A stretch of DNA of 64,000 nucleotides. Origin: Chitinophagaceae bacterium. Its GTDB lineage: Bacteria; Bacteroidota; Bacteroidia; Chitinophagales; Chitinophagaceae. Of this stretch, positions 9,302-18,785 are shown in pieces; the stretch's first letter is position 1; each line of letters opens with the position of its first letter. The DNA lies in NCBI GenBank assembly GCA_041392835.1, contig JAWKLF010000003.1, positions 185,786 through 249,785 of the forward strand, read 5' to 3'. The notes beneath the pieces are model-generated. The model was not told the origin of the DNA. It made no database searches and saw nothing but the letters and a program-made list of their open reading frames with translations. A program made the position numbers and the translations under genes.

Positions 9302-9799
9302 TTATTTATTTTTTGTTTTCCATGAGCTAATCATAAAATGTAAAATTGGAATAAAAAGAAGAGCTATAGTGAAAATTAAAAACCAAACACCAAGACCATT
9401 GGCTTTTTTATTAGCGATTTGGATAGTTTGAAAGCTTATAAATCCAAATATAATTGCAATGTTTAATTTTATATATCTCAACAGTTTTGTTGCAAGTGTA
9501 TATTGTCTCAAAGAGTTTTCTTGAGTAATTTTGACTGGGTAATTAAAGCGATGAGGAAATTTGTTTAATATGGAAAGCACTACCACCAATATACTGGCTA
9601 TTAGTGGTAAAATGAAAATGCTTTTTTTGGTGCCAAAATCATCGGCATGGCCAACACTATTGTAGTGGGTAGGAATAATTTCGGGTAATTTAGGATAGTT
9701 TACGCATGTTATAATCCAAGTGATTAGTAAGATTGCCCATGCTAATATTTCTAATATCGTATCTGTATTTGTCCAATTTATTTTTGCTTTCATAGCCAT
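9302..9799 (-). CDS. DUF1648-like membrane protein
   Basis: ORF 9302..9820 (TTG) trimmed to ATG 9799. YPKLPEIIPTHYNSVGHADDFGTKKSIF is the DUF1648-type motif, followed by further TM helices. Confidence 0.6.
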   Translation of the reverse strand: MAMKAKINWTNTDTILEILAWAILLITWIITCVNYPKLPEIIPTHYNSVGHADDFGTKKSIFILPLIASILVVVLSILNKFPHRFNYPVKITQENSLRQYTLATKLLRYIKLNIAIIFGFISFQTIQIANKKANGLGVWFLIFTIALLFIPILHFMISSWKTKNK

Positions 9800-9843
9800 C
9801 TTTATCAGCGTATTTATCAATTGTAAAGTATTTTCTACTTCAT

Positions 9844-9868
9844 AAAAAAAGCCTCACCTATGTGAAGC
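9844..9868 (-). terminator. intrinsic terminator downstream of tRNA-Leu
   Basis: The minus strand reads GCTTCAC-ATAG-GTGAGGC followed by T7 (plus-strand A-run 9844-9850), immediately 3' of the tRNA. Confidence 0.55.
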
Positions 9869-9876
9869 TTTTGTAG

Positions 9877-9960
9877 TGCCCAGAACAGGAATCGAACCTG
9901 CACTCCCTTGCGAGAACAAGATTTTGAGTCTAGCGCGTCTACCAATTCCGCCATCTGGGC
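9877..9960 (-). tRNA. tRNA-Leu (anticodon CAA)
   Basis: The reverse complement GCCCAGATGGCGGAATTGGTAGACGCGCTAGACTCAAAATCTTGTTCTCGCAAGGGAGTGCAGGTTCGATTCCTGTTCTGGGCA folds as a class II tRNA. It has a 7-bp acceptor stem, anticodon loop CUCAAAA, a long variable arm and a GGTTCGATTCC T-arm. Confidence 0.85.
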
Positions 9961-10066
9961 TCGGGTTGCAATATTACAATGTTTTATACGTATTTAAAAA
10001 AAAATATTTAGACTTTTCTTAATCGTTTATGTCTTTTGCCAATGCAAATGCATAATCCAGACCATG

Positions 10067-11317
10067 CTATTTTATTGTATTCACATAATCTATCAGCAAT
10101 TGCGCTACATTTTCATAATTCGTTAGTTGCACTGATTGGGCATCGTCTAATACATCGTGGTAGTATCCCGGGCCTCCCATAGAATAGATAAAAATTGCAG
10201 GAACACCTTTTTCTGAAAAATAGTAATGGTCACTATTGTGTGCCTTGCCTCGTATCTTAATTTCAGGCACATAGTTTTTTTGGGTATTGATAGTACTCAA
10301 TGCTTCAAATATTTTGGGGAAGGTTTCTCCATTGACAATGGTTATGCCATTTTCTGCATTGCCCATTATATCTATATTAACGAGTGTATGAATGTTGTTT
10401 AAATTAAAGACTGGGTTTTCTGTATATACTTGAGAGCCTATCAGTCCGGCTTCTTCGCCACTAAAAAGAATAAAAGCGATATCGTGTTTAGGTCTATGTT
10501 TTTTGAAATAAGCTGCTAAATAGCATATCATACTCACACCACTGGCATTGTCGCTGGCGCCTGGGAAAAAAGCTTGCGTACCCAAAGCACCCAAATGATC
10601 ATAGTGAGCTGTAAACACTATTGTTTGATTGCTTTTTTTGCCTTTTATTTTTCCAATAATATTCTTATTTGGAAATGATTTTATAAAATCATTTGTCAAT
10701 TCAATTTGAATCTGATCTTTATTATTTATCAAACTATCAAAAAAGATTAAAGAGGGTATTGCATCTACTTCAGTGCTAATAGTGTGTGTTAGTTTCTTAT
10801 CTTCTGTGTATATAAGCAGTCGTGGTTGGGTATGATATAATGAAAAGCTATCAGTAAAATGCGTATTCCTTTCGTTGGCATGATGTATGACAAGTGCTTC
10901 ATCTTTTTCAAAACCTTTTTCCAATTTTAGATGTAGCAACTCATTTTCTATACTATCATGGGGATTTACGTGTATGAGTTTAAAAGTGCCACTAATACGA
11001 GGCGAAGAAGCGGCTACTATAAAATCATAGCCAGCTCTCATTTCTTGTTCATCTATTTCACAACGAATAGGAAAGGGGTGTGTATTTACCGAAAAAGTAT
11101 ATTCTTGAAAGTAAGACGAGCCAATAGGTTGCAAACCTATCTGTTTAAATTCTTTAGCCAAAAAATGAGCTGCTTTGTTTACGCCATCATCTACATATCC
11201 TCTGCCTGCATATTCGGAACTGCATAAGGTTTCAATTATTTTCCTTGCATATTTTAAATCTTGTGCATATGTACTCAGCGAAATAAATAAACTCAATATC
11301 CAAAATAGATTTTTCAT
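10067..11317 (-). CDS. M28 family metallopeptidase (aminopeptidase)
   Basis: ORF trimmed to ATG 11317 (MKNLFWILSLFISLSTYAQ signal peptide). M28 motifs FTAHYDHLG, GASDNASG and FSGEEAGLIGS. Confidence 0.8.
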   Translation of the reverse strand: MKNLFWILSLFISLSTYAQDLKYARKIIETLCSSEYAGRGYVDDGVNKAAHFLAKEFKQIGLQPIGSSYFQEYTFSVNTHPFPIRCEIDEQEMRAGYDFIVAASSPRISGTFKLIHVNPHDSIENELLHLKLEKGFEKDEALVIHHANERNTHFTDSFSLYHTQPRLLIYTEDKKLTHTISTEVDAIPSLIFFDSLINNKDQIQIELTNDFIKSFPNKNIIGKIKGKKSNQTIVFTAHYDHLGALGTQAFFPGASDNASGVSMICYLAAYFKKHRPKHDIAFILFSGEEAGLIGSQVYTENPVFNLNNIHTLVNIDIMGNAENGITIVNGETFPKIFEALSTINTQKNYVPEIKIRGKAHNSDHYYFSEKGVPAIFIYSMGGPGYYHDVLDDAQSVQLTNYENVAQLLIDYVNTIK

Positions 11318-11361
11318 AAGTCTAAAAATAAGACCTTTTTTGGCAAGCCCAATCATAAAGT

Positions 11362-12657
11362 TTAAATAATTCCTTCTTTTTTTAAAGTCGATAAAAATTG
11401 TTCATAGATTGTCTTCCAACCCTTCCAATGTCCCATATCCGAAAAAGAAAAATTGTGCCATATGCATATCATTGTACCTTGAGTAGCTTGTATATGTTTT
11501 AAAAAGAGTAAGAGTTCTTGCTGTGTTTTTTCAATATTATCTTTTTGTTCATAATATGAATTGCACTCCATAAAACAAAAAGGGTGTATGCGCATAGTGC
11601 TTGTACTATTTTTTGATAAATCAAACCAATAAAAAGAATGGGAGGTGGAAGCTCTAAATCCATTAATCGATCCATAACCCATACTATACTCATCTTGTAT
11701 GCCCAGCTTTATTAAATTTTGATAGGTTTCTGGAATTTGAAATCGAATAAAGTGCTGCCGACTTTTTGAAACTTTTGGCAAGTAAGAGAATTCTTTTTTT
11801 AAATAAGAAATATCATCATGACTTTTATAAGAAGGGTGTATGCCAACTTCGTATTTGTCTTTTATATACGATATGAAATGTTGCATAGAAGGATGTTCGG
11901 GATGTATGTTTTTGTCAAACTTTCCGCCTTGGCTTAGCAATAAAAAATAAATAGGCTTTAATGCATAATATTGATGTAGGCTATCTAAATAATCAAAAGT
12001 ATCGAATGGGTCTTTTTGATTTAAAAAGCGTGTAGAGATTCTTTTTTTAATAGATGAAAATTGACCTTCTAAAAGGTCTCTAATAGTACCGCCTATTTGT
12101 TTATACATACTTTTCCCTGTATAACTATAGATGCTATCAATATCATAAGTGGCTATAAATTGCGCTTTTCCTTTTGGGAAAATATGCGCCGGATTTTGCT
12201 CTTGAATTCTTTTTTTTAATTCTAAAATCCAATAGTCTATCAGGGGTGTTTTGATAAAGCGATGTTTGAATGCTACACTTTGTGTGTGTGGAAATCGCTG
12301 ATAGATATCTTTTTCGTAAGGCAAGTATTCTTCGTAGCGTGAAATTAAATAGAATGTAGCCGCAAATAAATCAAATGGGATAGTGGCATTGGATGTAGTA
12401 AAAAATGTTTTTAATCCACACCACTCTTGTATATGAATATCTTGTTCTTGTATATCTTTTTCAAAGAGTAAAGAACAAGGTATAATTTGTATTTGATTGG
12501 CTGTTGGCTTTTTGCTACCATCATATAGGATATGGCAAGCCACATTTGGGTCGCTTACTATTTTATACTGTATTTGCAATACCTCTTGAAATATAAAATC
12601 TAACACATAGACCAAACGCGAAGAGGTACGAGCAGTATAAATGAGCAGTAAAGACAC
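11362..12657 (-). CDS. conserved hypothetical protein (possibly polysaccharide-deacetylase-like)
   Basis: 431-aa uninterrupted ORF. The family assignment rests only on weak recollection. Confidence 0.5.
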   Translation of the reverse strand: MSLLLIYTARTSSRLVYVLDFIFQEVLQIQYKIVSDPNVACHILYDGSKKPTANQIQIIPCSLLFEKDIQEQDIHIQEWCGLKTFFTTSNATIPFDLFAATFYLISRYEEYLPYEKDIYQRFPHTQSVAFKHRFIKTPLIDYWILELKKRIQEQNPAHIFPKGKAQFIATYDIDSIYSYTGKSMYKQIGGTIRDLLEGQFSSIKKRISTRFLNQKDPFDTFDYLDSLHQYYALKPIYFLLLSQGGKFDKNIHPEHPSMQHFISYIKDKYEVGIHPSYKSHDDISYLKKEFSYLPKVSKSRQHFIRFQIPETYQNLIKLGIQDEYSMGYGSINGFRASTSHSFYWFDLSKNSTSTMRIHPFCFMECNSYYEQKDNIEKTQQELLLFLKHIQATQGTMICIWHNFSFSDMGHWKGWKTIYEQFLSTLKKEGII

Positions 12658-12659
12658 GA

Positions 12660-14048
12660 TTATTTTTTATTGTTTTCGGCCCACCACTGATGAAATGATT
12701 TCTTAAATACAAGTTGATCTCTACGCTTATTCCACGAATTTTTAAATAGCGTATGCACAACTTTGGTTTTTAAATTAGCATGAGATATGTCTACTAATTT
12801 TCTATTATTCATAGCCATCTTCCACATTTTCCAAGCCGTTTTTTCAGACAAAGGAGCCACGCCTTTGTCAACAGCTAGCGTTCTGTTATGGTGTAGCATA
12901 CCATGTATATTTATTTTCAATGGGCAAACTTCTGTACAATTTCCACACAGTGAAGATGCATAACTGAGATGATTGTATTTTTCAAACGATTTAAGATGGG
13001 GTGTGATTACTGAGCCAATCGGTCCACTATAGGTAGCTCCATAGGTGTGACCACCTATGTTTTTATATACAGGACAGGCATTTAAACAAGAACCACATCG
13101 AATACAATAAGCACTTTCTCTAAGTTGTATGTCAGACAATAAGTTTGTTCTGCCATTGTCAAGAAGAATTACATACATTTCTTCAGGTCCATCTACTTCA
13201 TTCATTTTTTTACCACCTGTAAAGATGCTATTATAAACCGTAACCAATTGACCAGTGCCATAGGTGGCTAACAATGGCCAAAAAAGATGCAAATCGTGTA
13301 TGCTTGGAATAATTTTTTCTATACCAACTATAGCTATGTGTACATTGGGAAAAGATGTAGTTAGTCTGGCATTGCCTTCATTTTCTGTAACGCAAACAGC
13401 ACCAATGTCGGCCAATAAAAAATTACCACCCGTAATGCCTACTTCAGAGCTTGTGTATTTTTCTCTAAGTTTTCTGCGCGATACTAAGGTTAACTCGCTC
13501 GGCGATAAATGGGGTTCTACCCCTAATTTTTCATGAAAAAGTTTGGCTACATCTTCTTTGCTTTTATGCATTGCCGGTGTTACAATATGATAGGGGGCTT
13601 CGCCGTCTAATTGTTGTATATATTCTCCAAGGTCCGTTTCTACACTGTTTATATTATGTTTTGCTAAGAAATCGTTTAAGTGAATTTCTTCTGTAACCAT
13701 GCTTTTGCTTTTAACCACTTGTTTGGCACGGTATTGTTTGCATATTTCAAGAATGGCTTCATTGGCTTCAGTATCGGTGTTAGCCCATATAACCTTGCCA
13801 CCTCGTTTTGTAAAGTTTTTTTCAAATTCAAGTAAGTAATCGTCTAAATGTTCTATGGTCTTCCACTTAATGTTTTTGGCTTTTTTTCTGGCCATTTCTA
13901 AATCGCTAAATTGCAATTTGCCCTTTACTACAGTTTCATTGTATTTATCTATATTAAAAGAAAGCTTTCTTTTATGTTCTGCATCTAACGCTTTGATTTC
14001 GCTTTTTGTAATAAATACTTTTTTTATTTCTTTCTTATTCATGGGCAT
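12660..14048 (-). CDS. LutB/LldF-like iron-sulfur protein (LUD domain + 2x[4Fe-4S])
   Basis: 462 aa. CIRCGSCLNACPVY and CGNCTEVCPLKI follow an LUD-type N-terminal region. Confidence 0.8.
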   Translation of the reverse strand: MPMNKKEIKKVFITKSEIKALDAEHKRKLSFNIDKYNETVVKGKLQFSDLEMARKKAKNIKWKTIEHLDDYLLEFEKNFTKRGGKVIWANTDTEANEAILEICKQYRAKQVVKSKSMVTEEIHLNDFLAKHNINSVETDLGEYIQQLDGEAPYHIVTPAMHKSKEDVAKLFHEKLGVEPHLSPSELTLVSRRKLREKYTSSEVGITGGNFLLADIGAVCVTENEGNARLTTSFPNVHIAIVGIEKIIPSIHDLHLFWPLLATYGTGQLVTVYNSIFTGGKKMNEVDGPEEMYVILLDNGRTNLLSDIQLRESAYCIRCGSCLNACPVYKNIGGHTYGATYSGPIGSVITPHLKSFEKYNHLSYASSLCGNCTEVCPLKINIHGMLHHNRTLAVDKGVAPLSEKTAWKMWKMAMNNRKLVDISHANLKTKVVHTLFKNSWNKRRDQLVFKKSFHQWWAENNKK

Positions 14049-14092
14049 TGATGTAAAAGTACAAAATTATTAGTTTTATAATTTAGCATGAC

Positions 14093-15595
14093 TTATTGAA
14101 TATATTTTCCAATAATTGGAAACTTTGAAAATTCTTCTTTTTCTAATCTGAAAATAATAATATATGCATACAATAGCAATAGCACAAAGCCAGATACTAA
14201 ATGTAAAAGTGTACTATGGATAAATTGTCCAAGTGCAACATGTATAAAATATACAAGCAACATAAAGCCCAAATAGCCTATAATTTTTTTAACCTGATAA
14301 GGTATAGGATAGTTTTTTTGACCTAAAATAAAACTTGCAATAACCATAAATAAATTGCAAAATAATGAAGCCCAAGCGCAGGCTATATAACTATAAGTCG
14401 GTATAAATAAAAAATTAATAGTCAGTGTAATGGCTGTGCCACCCAATGTAATCCAAGCACCTATCAGTGTTTTATTTGTAATTTTGTACCATATAGAAAG
14501 GTTATAATATATACCTACGAGCAATTTGGCCATAAGTAAAATAGGAACTACTACAAGACCTGCAGCGTACTCAGGTTTGATGTCAACCCGCATAAAATAT
14601 TTCCAAATATCTAAAAACAGCGTTACGCCAAGAAAACAAAAAGTACATACTACTATAAAAAGATTCATGATACGTGCATAAGTTTTGGGAGCATCTTTTT
14701 CGGCAGATGATTTTAGAAAATAGGGTTCGGCACCCATTCTAAATGCTTGAATAAACAATACTATTAAAATGGCCAATTTATAATTTGCACCATAAATGCC
14801 ATTTTGAGAATTTTTGAATTCAAGGCTGCCTGGTAGTAGTTTTGGTAACATGGCACGGTCAATAGTTTCATTAATCATACCACCAAAGCCTACTATGATT
14901 AAAGGCAAGGCATAAAGCATCATTTTTTTCCATAATTCTTTGTCGAAAGAAAGTTTAAAGCTAAATACTTCTTTGTACAACAAAAATAAAGTGCTTATGG
15001 AAGCAATAGTATTGGCCACAAATGCATACCCTATTCCATAGTTAGGATCAAAATGCTCTGTTATAAAGGGCAATGCATGTTGACTTTTTAATTTGGGTAA
15101 CCAATGTATAAAAAGCAAAACAAAAAAGACATTGAGCAAAATATTAGTAATCTTAATGATGGCAAACTTCATGGGTCTTTGTTCAAAACGCAACTTGGAA
15201 AATGGAATAACAGCTAAGGTGTCAAAAGAAACAATTAAAGCAAAAAAGATTACATATTCAGGATGATTAGGTACTGACCACAATATACTTAAAGGCTTTT
15301 GCAATAAAAGCATCAGCAAGCATAAGGGTAGTGTAGTCATTAATAATGAAGTAGAAGCCGTATTGAAAACCTTTTTTTCATCTACATCTCTTACAAAACG
15401 GAAATAGGCCGTTTCCATGCCATATGTAAATATTATATTAAAAAAAGTAATATACGCATACACTGTAGTGTATTCTCCATATTGTGCGGTGCCTAAAACA
15501 GTCAATAAAGGGGTTAATCCGTAGTTGATAAAACGACCTACTATACTGCTCAAACCATACCAAATGGTTTGGTTTGCTAAACTTTTAATACTCAA
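14093..15595 (-). CDS. polysaccharide/oligosaccharide flippase (MOP/Wzx-like)
   Basis: 500 aa, polytopic throughout. N-terminus MSIKSLANQTIWYGLSSIVGRFINYGLTPLL is typical of flippase-family proteins. Confidence 0.75.
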   Translation of the reverse strand: MSIKSLANQTIWYGLSSIVGRFINYGLTPLLTVLGTAQYGEYTTVYAYITFFNIIFTYGMETAYFRFVRDVDEKKVFNTASTSLLMTTLPLCLLMLLLQKPLSILWSVPNHPEYVIFFALIVSFDTLAVIPFSKLRFEQRPMKFAIIKITNILLNVFFVLLFIHWLPKLKSQHALPFITEHFDPNYGIGYAFVANTIASISTLFLLYKEVFSFKLSFDKELWKKMMLYALPLIIVGFGGMINETIDRAMLPKLLPGSLEFKNSQNGIYGANYKLAILIVLFIQAFRMGAEPYFLKSSAEKDAPKTYARIMNLFIVVCTFCFLGVTLFLDIWKYFMRVDIKPEYAAGLVVVPILLMAKLLVGIYYNLSIWYKITNKTLIGAWITLGGTAITLTINFLFIPTYSYIACAWASLFCNLFMVIASFILGQKNYPIPYQVKKIIGYLGFMLLVYFIHVALGQFIHSTLLHLVSGFVLLLLYAYIIIFRLEKEEFSKFPIIGKYIQ

Positions 15596-15748
15596 AGTCT
15601 ATTGTAATTTAATGCTGTAAAAATACATGTTTGAATTACTATTCAATGCCCTTTGGCAATAAATTAAATTAAAAACTTGTAAAACAATTTGAAAAATCAT
15701 AAAACCATATTCAAAAAACTATCTTTGAACTTTAAAAATATTTTAAAC

Positions 15749-16618
15749 ATGAAAAAGTTTACATTAACACTATTTACTCTCTTTTTAGCTTTTGCTTCTT
15801 TTGCTCAACAGGCTAAGGTAGGAAGCACAGAAATTACTAAAGTTAGCCGCCCATGTATTATTGCAGACTATGGCATGAGCTATGATGTCATAGAAGGCGC
15901 ATTAAAGAAAAAATTTGAAGAATTAAATTTAAAATCGCCAGATAAAACAAAAGACGGATATAAAGTTTTTAAAGGTGTCAATATCAATGATATAAGCACT
16001 GACAAAGTAGATTTATACTACCGAGTAGAAAACAGAAAACCTAACACTACCGTGTATATGCTGATTTCGAGAGGTTATGATAACTTTATGTTGCCAGAAT
16101 CGGATTCTGCTGTATATCAAAATGCTATAGCATTTTTAGACAAATTTGTTAAAGATGCAACCCTTTTTCAACTCAATTTAGACGTGAAAAATCAGGAAGA
16201 AAGCATTAAAAGTGCTGAAAAAAATCTAAAGAAAATCATTGACAATGAAGATGATTTGAATAAAGATAAAGCCAAAGTAGAATCTAAGATTTCTCAAAAA
16301 ATAGTAGAACAAAACGCATTAAAAACCGAAATGGATAATCAACAATCTATTTTAGAAGGCTTGAAAAAGAAAACAGCCACCTTAGATCAAATGGATGCTT
16401 TAAAAAAAGAAGTTAGCAAACAAGAAAAAGCAGTTGAGAAAGCTACAAGCAATTACAATTCTTCATTAAAAAAGCAAGATGCTTATAAAGGCGATTTGGA
16501 TAAAGTTGAAAACAAAATAGCTGAAAACAAAGTAGAAATAGAAAAGGCCAAGAATGCGCTTGAAATGGAAAAAACTAAATTAGAAGAAATAAAGAAAAAA
16601 ATCAGCGATTTGAACTAA
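15749..16618 (+). CDS. secreted coiled-coil protein, function unknown
   Basis: ORF trimmed to ATG 15749 (MKKFTLTLFTLFLAFASFAQQ). The C-terminal half is K/E-rich heptad-like sequence. Confidence 0.6.
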   Translation: MKKFTLTLFTLFLAFASFAQQAKVGSTEITKVSRPCIIADYGMSYDVIEGALKKKFEELNLKSPDKTKDGYKVFKGVNINDISTDKVDLYYRVENRKPNTTVYMLISRGYDNFMLPESDSAVYQNAIAFLDKFVKDATLFQLNLDVKNQEESIKSAEKNLKKIIDNEDDLNKDKAKVESKISQKIVEQNALKTEMDNQQSILEGLKKKTATLDQMDALKKEVSKQEKAVEKATSNYNSSLKKQDAYKGDLDKVENKIAENKVEIEKAKNALEMEKTKLEEIKKKISDLN

Positions 16619-16620
16619 GC

Positions 16621-18729
16621 TCAAGAAATATGACTCCATATAGCATGGTCTTTTCTTGATAAAAGAATTTCTTTTAATAGTTGATGTTCATTCAAATCTA
16701 AATTAGGGTCTATACTCAAAATTTTTAAAGCCGCATTGCGGCTTTTTTCCATTATAGCCACATCCTTTACGATATCCGCTAACTTTAATTCTACCACACC
16801 ACTTTGGCGAGTGCCATCTATATCACCAGGTCCACGTAGTGTCAAGTCTTTTTCGGCTATGGCAAATCCGCTACTTTCGTGCACCATCGTGTGCATTCGC
16901 TCTTTGCCTGTCTGGCTTAGTTTATTGCCTGTAAGCAAAATACAATACGATTTTTCGGCTCCACGACCCACACGGCCTCTTAACTGATGTAGTTGTGATA
17001 AACCAAATCGTTCAGCGCTTTCTATAAGCATAATGCTGGCATTGGGCACATTTACACCCACCTCTATTACCGTAGTAGCCACCATGATGTGTGCTTTGCC
17101 TTTCACAAAGGCATTCATATTTTGATCTTTTTCATCTGCCTTCATTTTGCCATGCACCATACAAATATTGTAAGTATGAGACGGAAAAAATTGTTTTACT
17201 TGTTCATAGCCATTTATTAAATTTTCAAAATCCAATTTTTCGCTTTCTTCTATTAATGGATAAACAATGTAAGCTTGTCTTCCTTGCTGAATTTCTTGTT
17301 TTATAAAATCCATTACCTTGGCTCTAAAGATTTCGGTTCGATGAAAAGTGGTAATCGGTTTTCGGCCAGGTGGTAAATGAGCTATGACAGATACATCCAA
17401 ATCGCCATAGCTTGTCATGGCCAATGTGCGAGGTATAGGTGTTGCAGTCATTACCAAAATATGAGGAGGTAATGTGTTTTTATTCCAAAGCTTGGCTCTT
17501 TGTGCTACACCAAATCGGTGTTGCTCATCTATTATACTTATGCCCAGATTTTTAAAAACTACTTTATCTTCAATGAGAGCATGAGTGCCAATGATAATTT
17601 GAATATCACCTTGTGCAAGTTGTTTTAATATATCTTTTCGTTCCTTGCCTTTGATAGATCCACTCAAAAAAGATATAGAAATATGCATGTCTTTTAATAA
17701 GTGGCTGATACTTTCATAATGCTGCTGTGCCAAAATTTCTGTAGGTGCCATAAGGCAGGCCTGAAAACCATTGTCAATAGCCAATAGCATACAAAGTAAG
17801 GCTACAATAGTTTTGCCACTTCCTACATCGCCCTGTAGTAGTCTGTTCATTTGTATACCTCGTTGTGTATCTTGACGTATTTCTCGTAAAACCTTTTTTT
17901 GATCTTCTGTTAAAGAAAATGGTAAGTATTGATTATAAAATGTATTAAAATGTTCGCCAACAATTTCAAAATAATAGCCCTTTACTTTTTGTAAGTTGAG
18001 TTTTAATTTACATATACCTATTTGATGCAACAATAATTCTTCAAACTTGAGTCTAAAGATTGCTTGAGAAAGCAAAAGCCCATTGGAAGGGAAATGGATT
18101 TCCTTAAAGGCTTGAGACCTATTCATTAACTGTTCAGTATGAATGAGCTCTTTGGGGAAGATTTCTTGTATGTCGTTTTCTTTTAGATGCAAAAAAAGTG
18201 CACTGGTCAATTTTGCCATGGCTCTTCCATGTAGCCCAGCTGCTTTTAGTTTTTCAGTGGTGCTATATACAGGAAGCAATCCAGTATATAGTTTAGTAGC
18301 ATCTTCCACTTTTTCCATTTCAGGATGCGATATATTCCACATACCATTAAAAATATTGGCCTTGCCCCAAATAATATAAGTACCTCCTTGTGCTGCAATT
18401 TTTTCCATCCATGAAATGCCTTGAAACCACACTAACTCTACACTCCCTGTGGGATCTTTAAATTGTACTACTAAGCGCTTGCTACGTCCTGAGCCTATTA
18501 TTTCATAAAAAAGGAGTTGCCCTTTTAGTTGCACAAATTGTCCATCAAAACGAATATCCTGAACGCTTTGCAATTGACTTCTATCAATATATCGAAAAGG
18601 AAAATGATGCAATAAATCTTTAAAACAATCTATCTGTAATTCTTTTCTAAGCAAATGGGCTTTGCTAGGGCCTACGCCCTTAAGGTATTCAATAGGAGTA
18701 TCCAAAATATGATTTTGTCGAAATGCCAT
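16621..18729 (-). CDS. recG: ATP-dependent DNA helicase RecG
   Basis: 702 aa. Has the wedge-domain N-terminus, Walker A GDVGSGKT, the DEQHRFG box and helicase C motifs (QLRGRVGRG). Confidence 0.95.
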   Translation of the reverse strand: MAFRQNHILDTPIEYLKGVGPSKAHLLRKELQIDCFKDLLHHFPFRYIDRSQLQSVQDIRFDGQFVQLKGQLLFYEIIGSGRSKRLVVQFKDPTGSVELVWFQGISWMEKIAAQGGTYIIWGKANIFNGMWNISHPEMEKVEDATKLYTGLLPVYSTTEKLKAAGLHGRAMAKLTSALFLHLKENDIQEIFPKELIHTEQLMNRSQAFKEIHFPSNGLLLSQAIFRLKFEELLLHQIGICKLKLNLQKVKGYYFEIVGEHFNTFYNQYLPFSLTEDQKKVLREIRQDTQRGIQMNRLLQGDVGSGKTIVALLCMLLAIDNGFQACLMAPTEILAQQHYESISHLLKDMHISISFLSGSIKGKERKDILKQLAQGDIQIIIGTHALIEDKVVFKNLGISIIDEQHRFGVAQRAKLWNKNTLPPHILVMTATPIPRTLAMTSYGDLDVSVIAHLPPGRKPITTFHRTEIFRAKVMDFIKQEIQQGRQAYIVYPLIEESEKLDFENLINGYEQVKQFFPSHTYNICMVHGKMKADEKDQNMNAFVKGKAHIMVATTVIEVGVNVPNASIMLIESAERFGLSQLHQLRGRVGRGAEKSYCILLTGNKLSQTGKERMHTMVHESSGFAIAEKDLTLRGPGDIDGTRQSGVVELKLADIVKDVAIMEKSRNAALKILSIDPNLDLNEHQLLKEILLSRKDHAIWSHIS

Positions 18730-18785
18730 GAATGCTTAAAAATACAAAAATTCGTAGAGCACAAACATACTACTATATTTGCAAC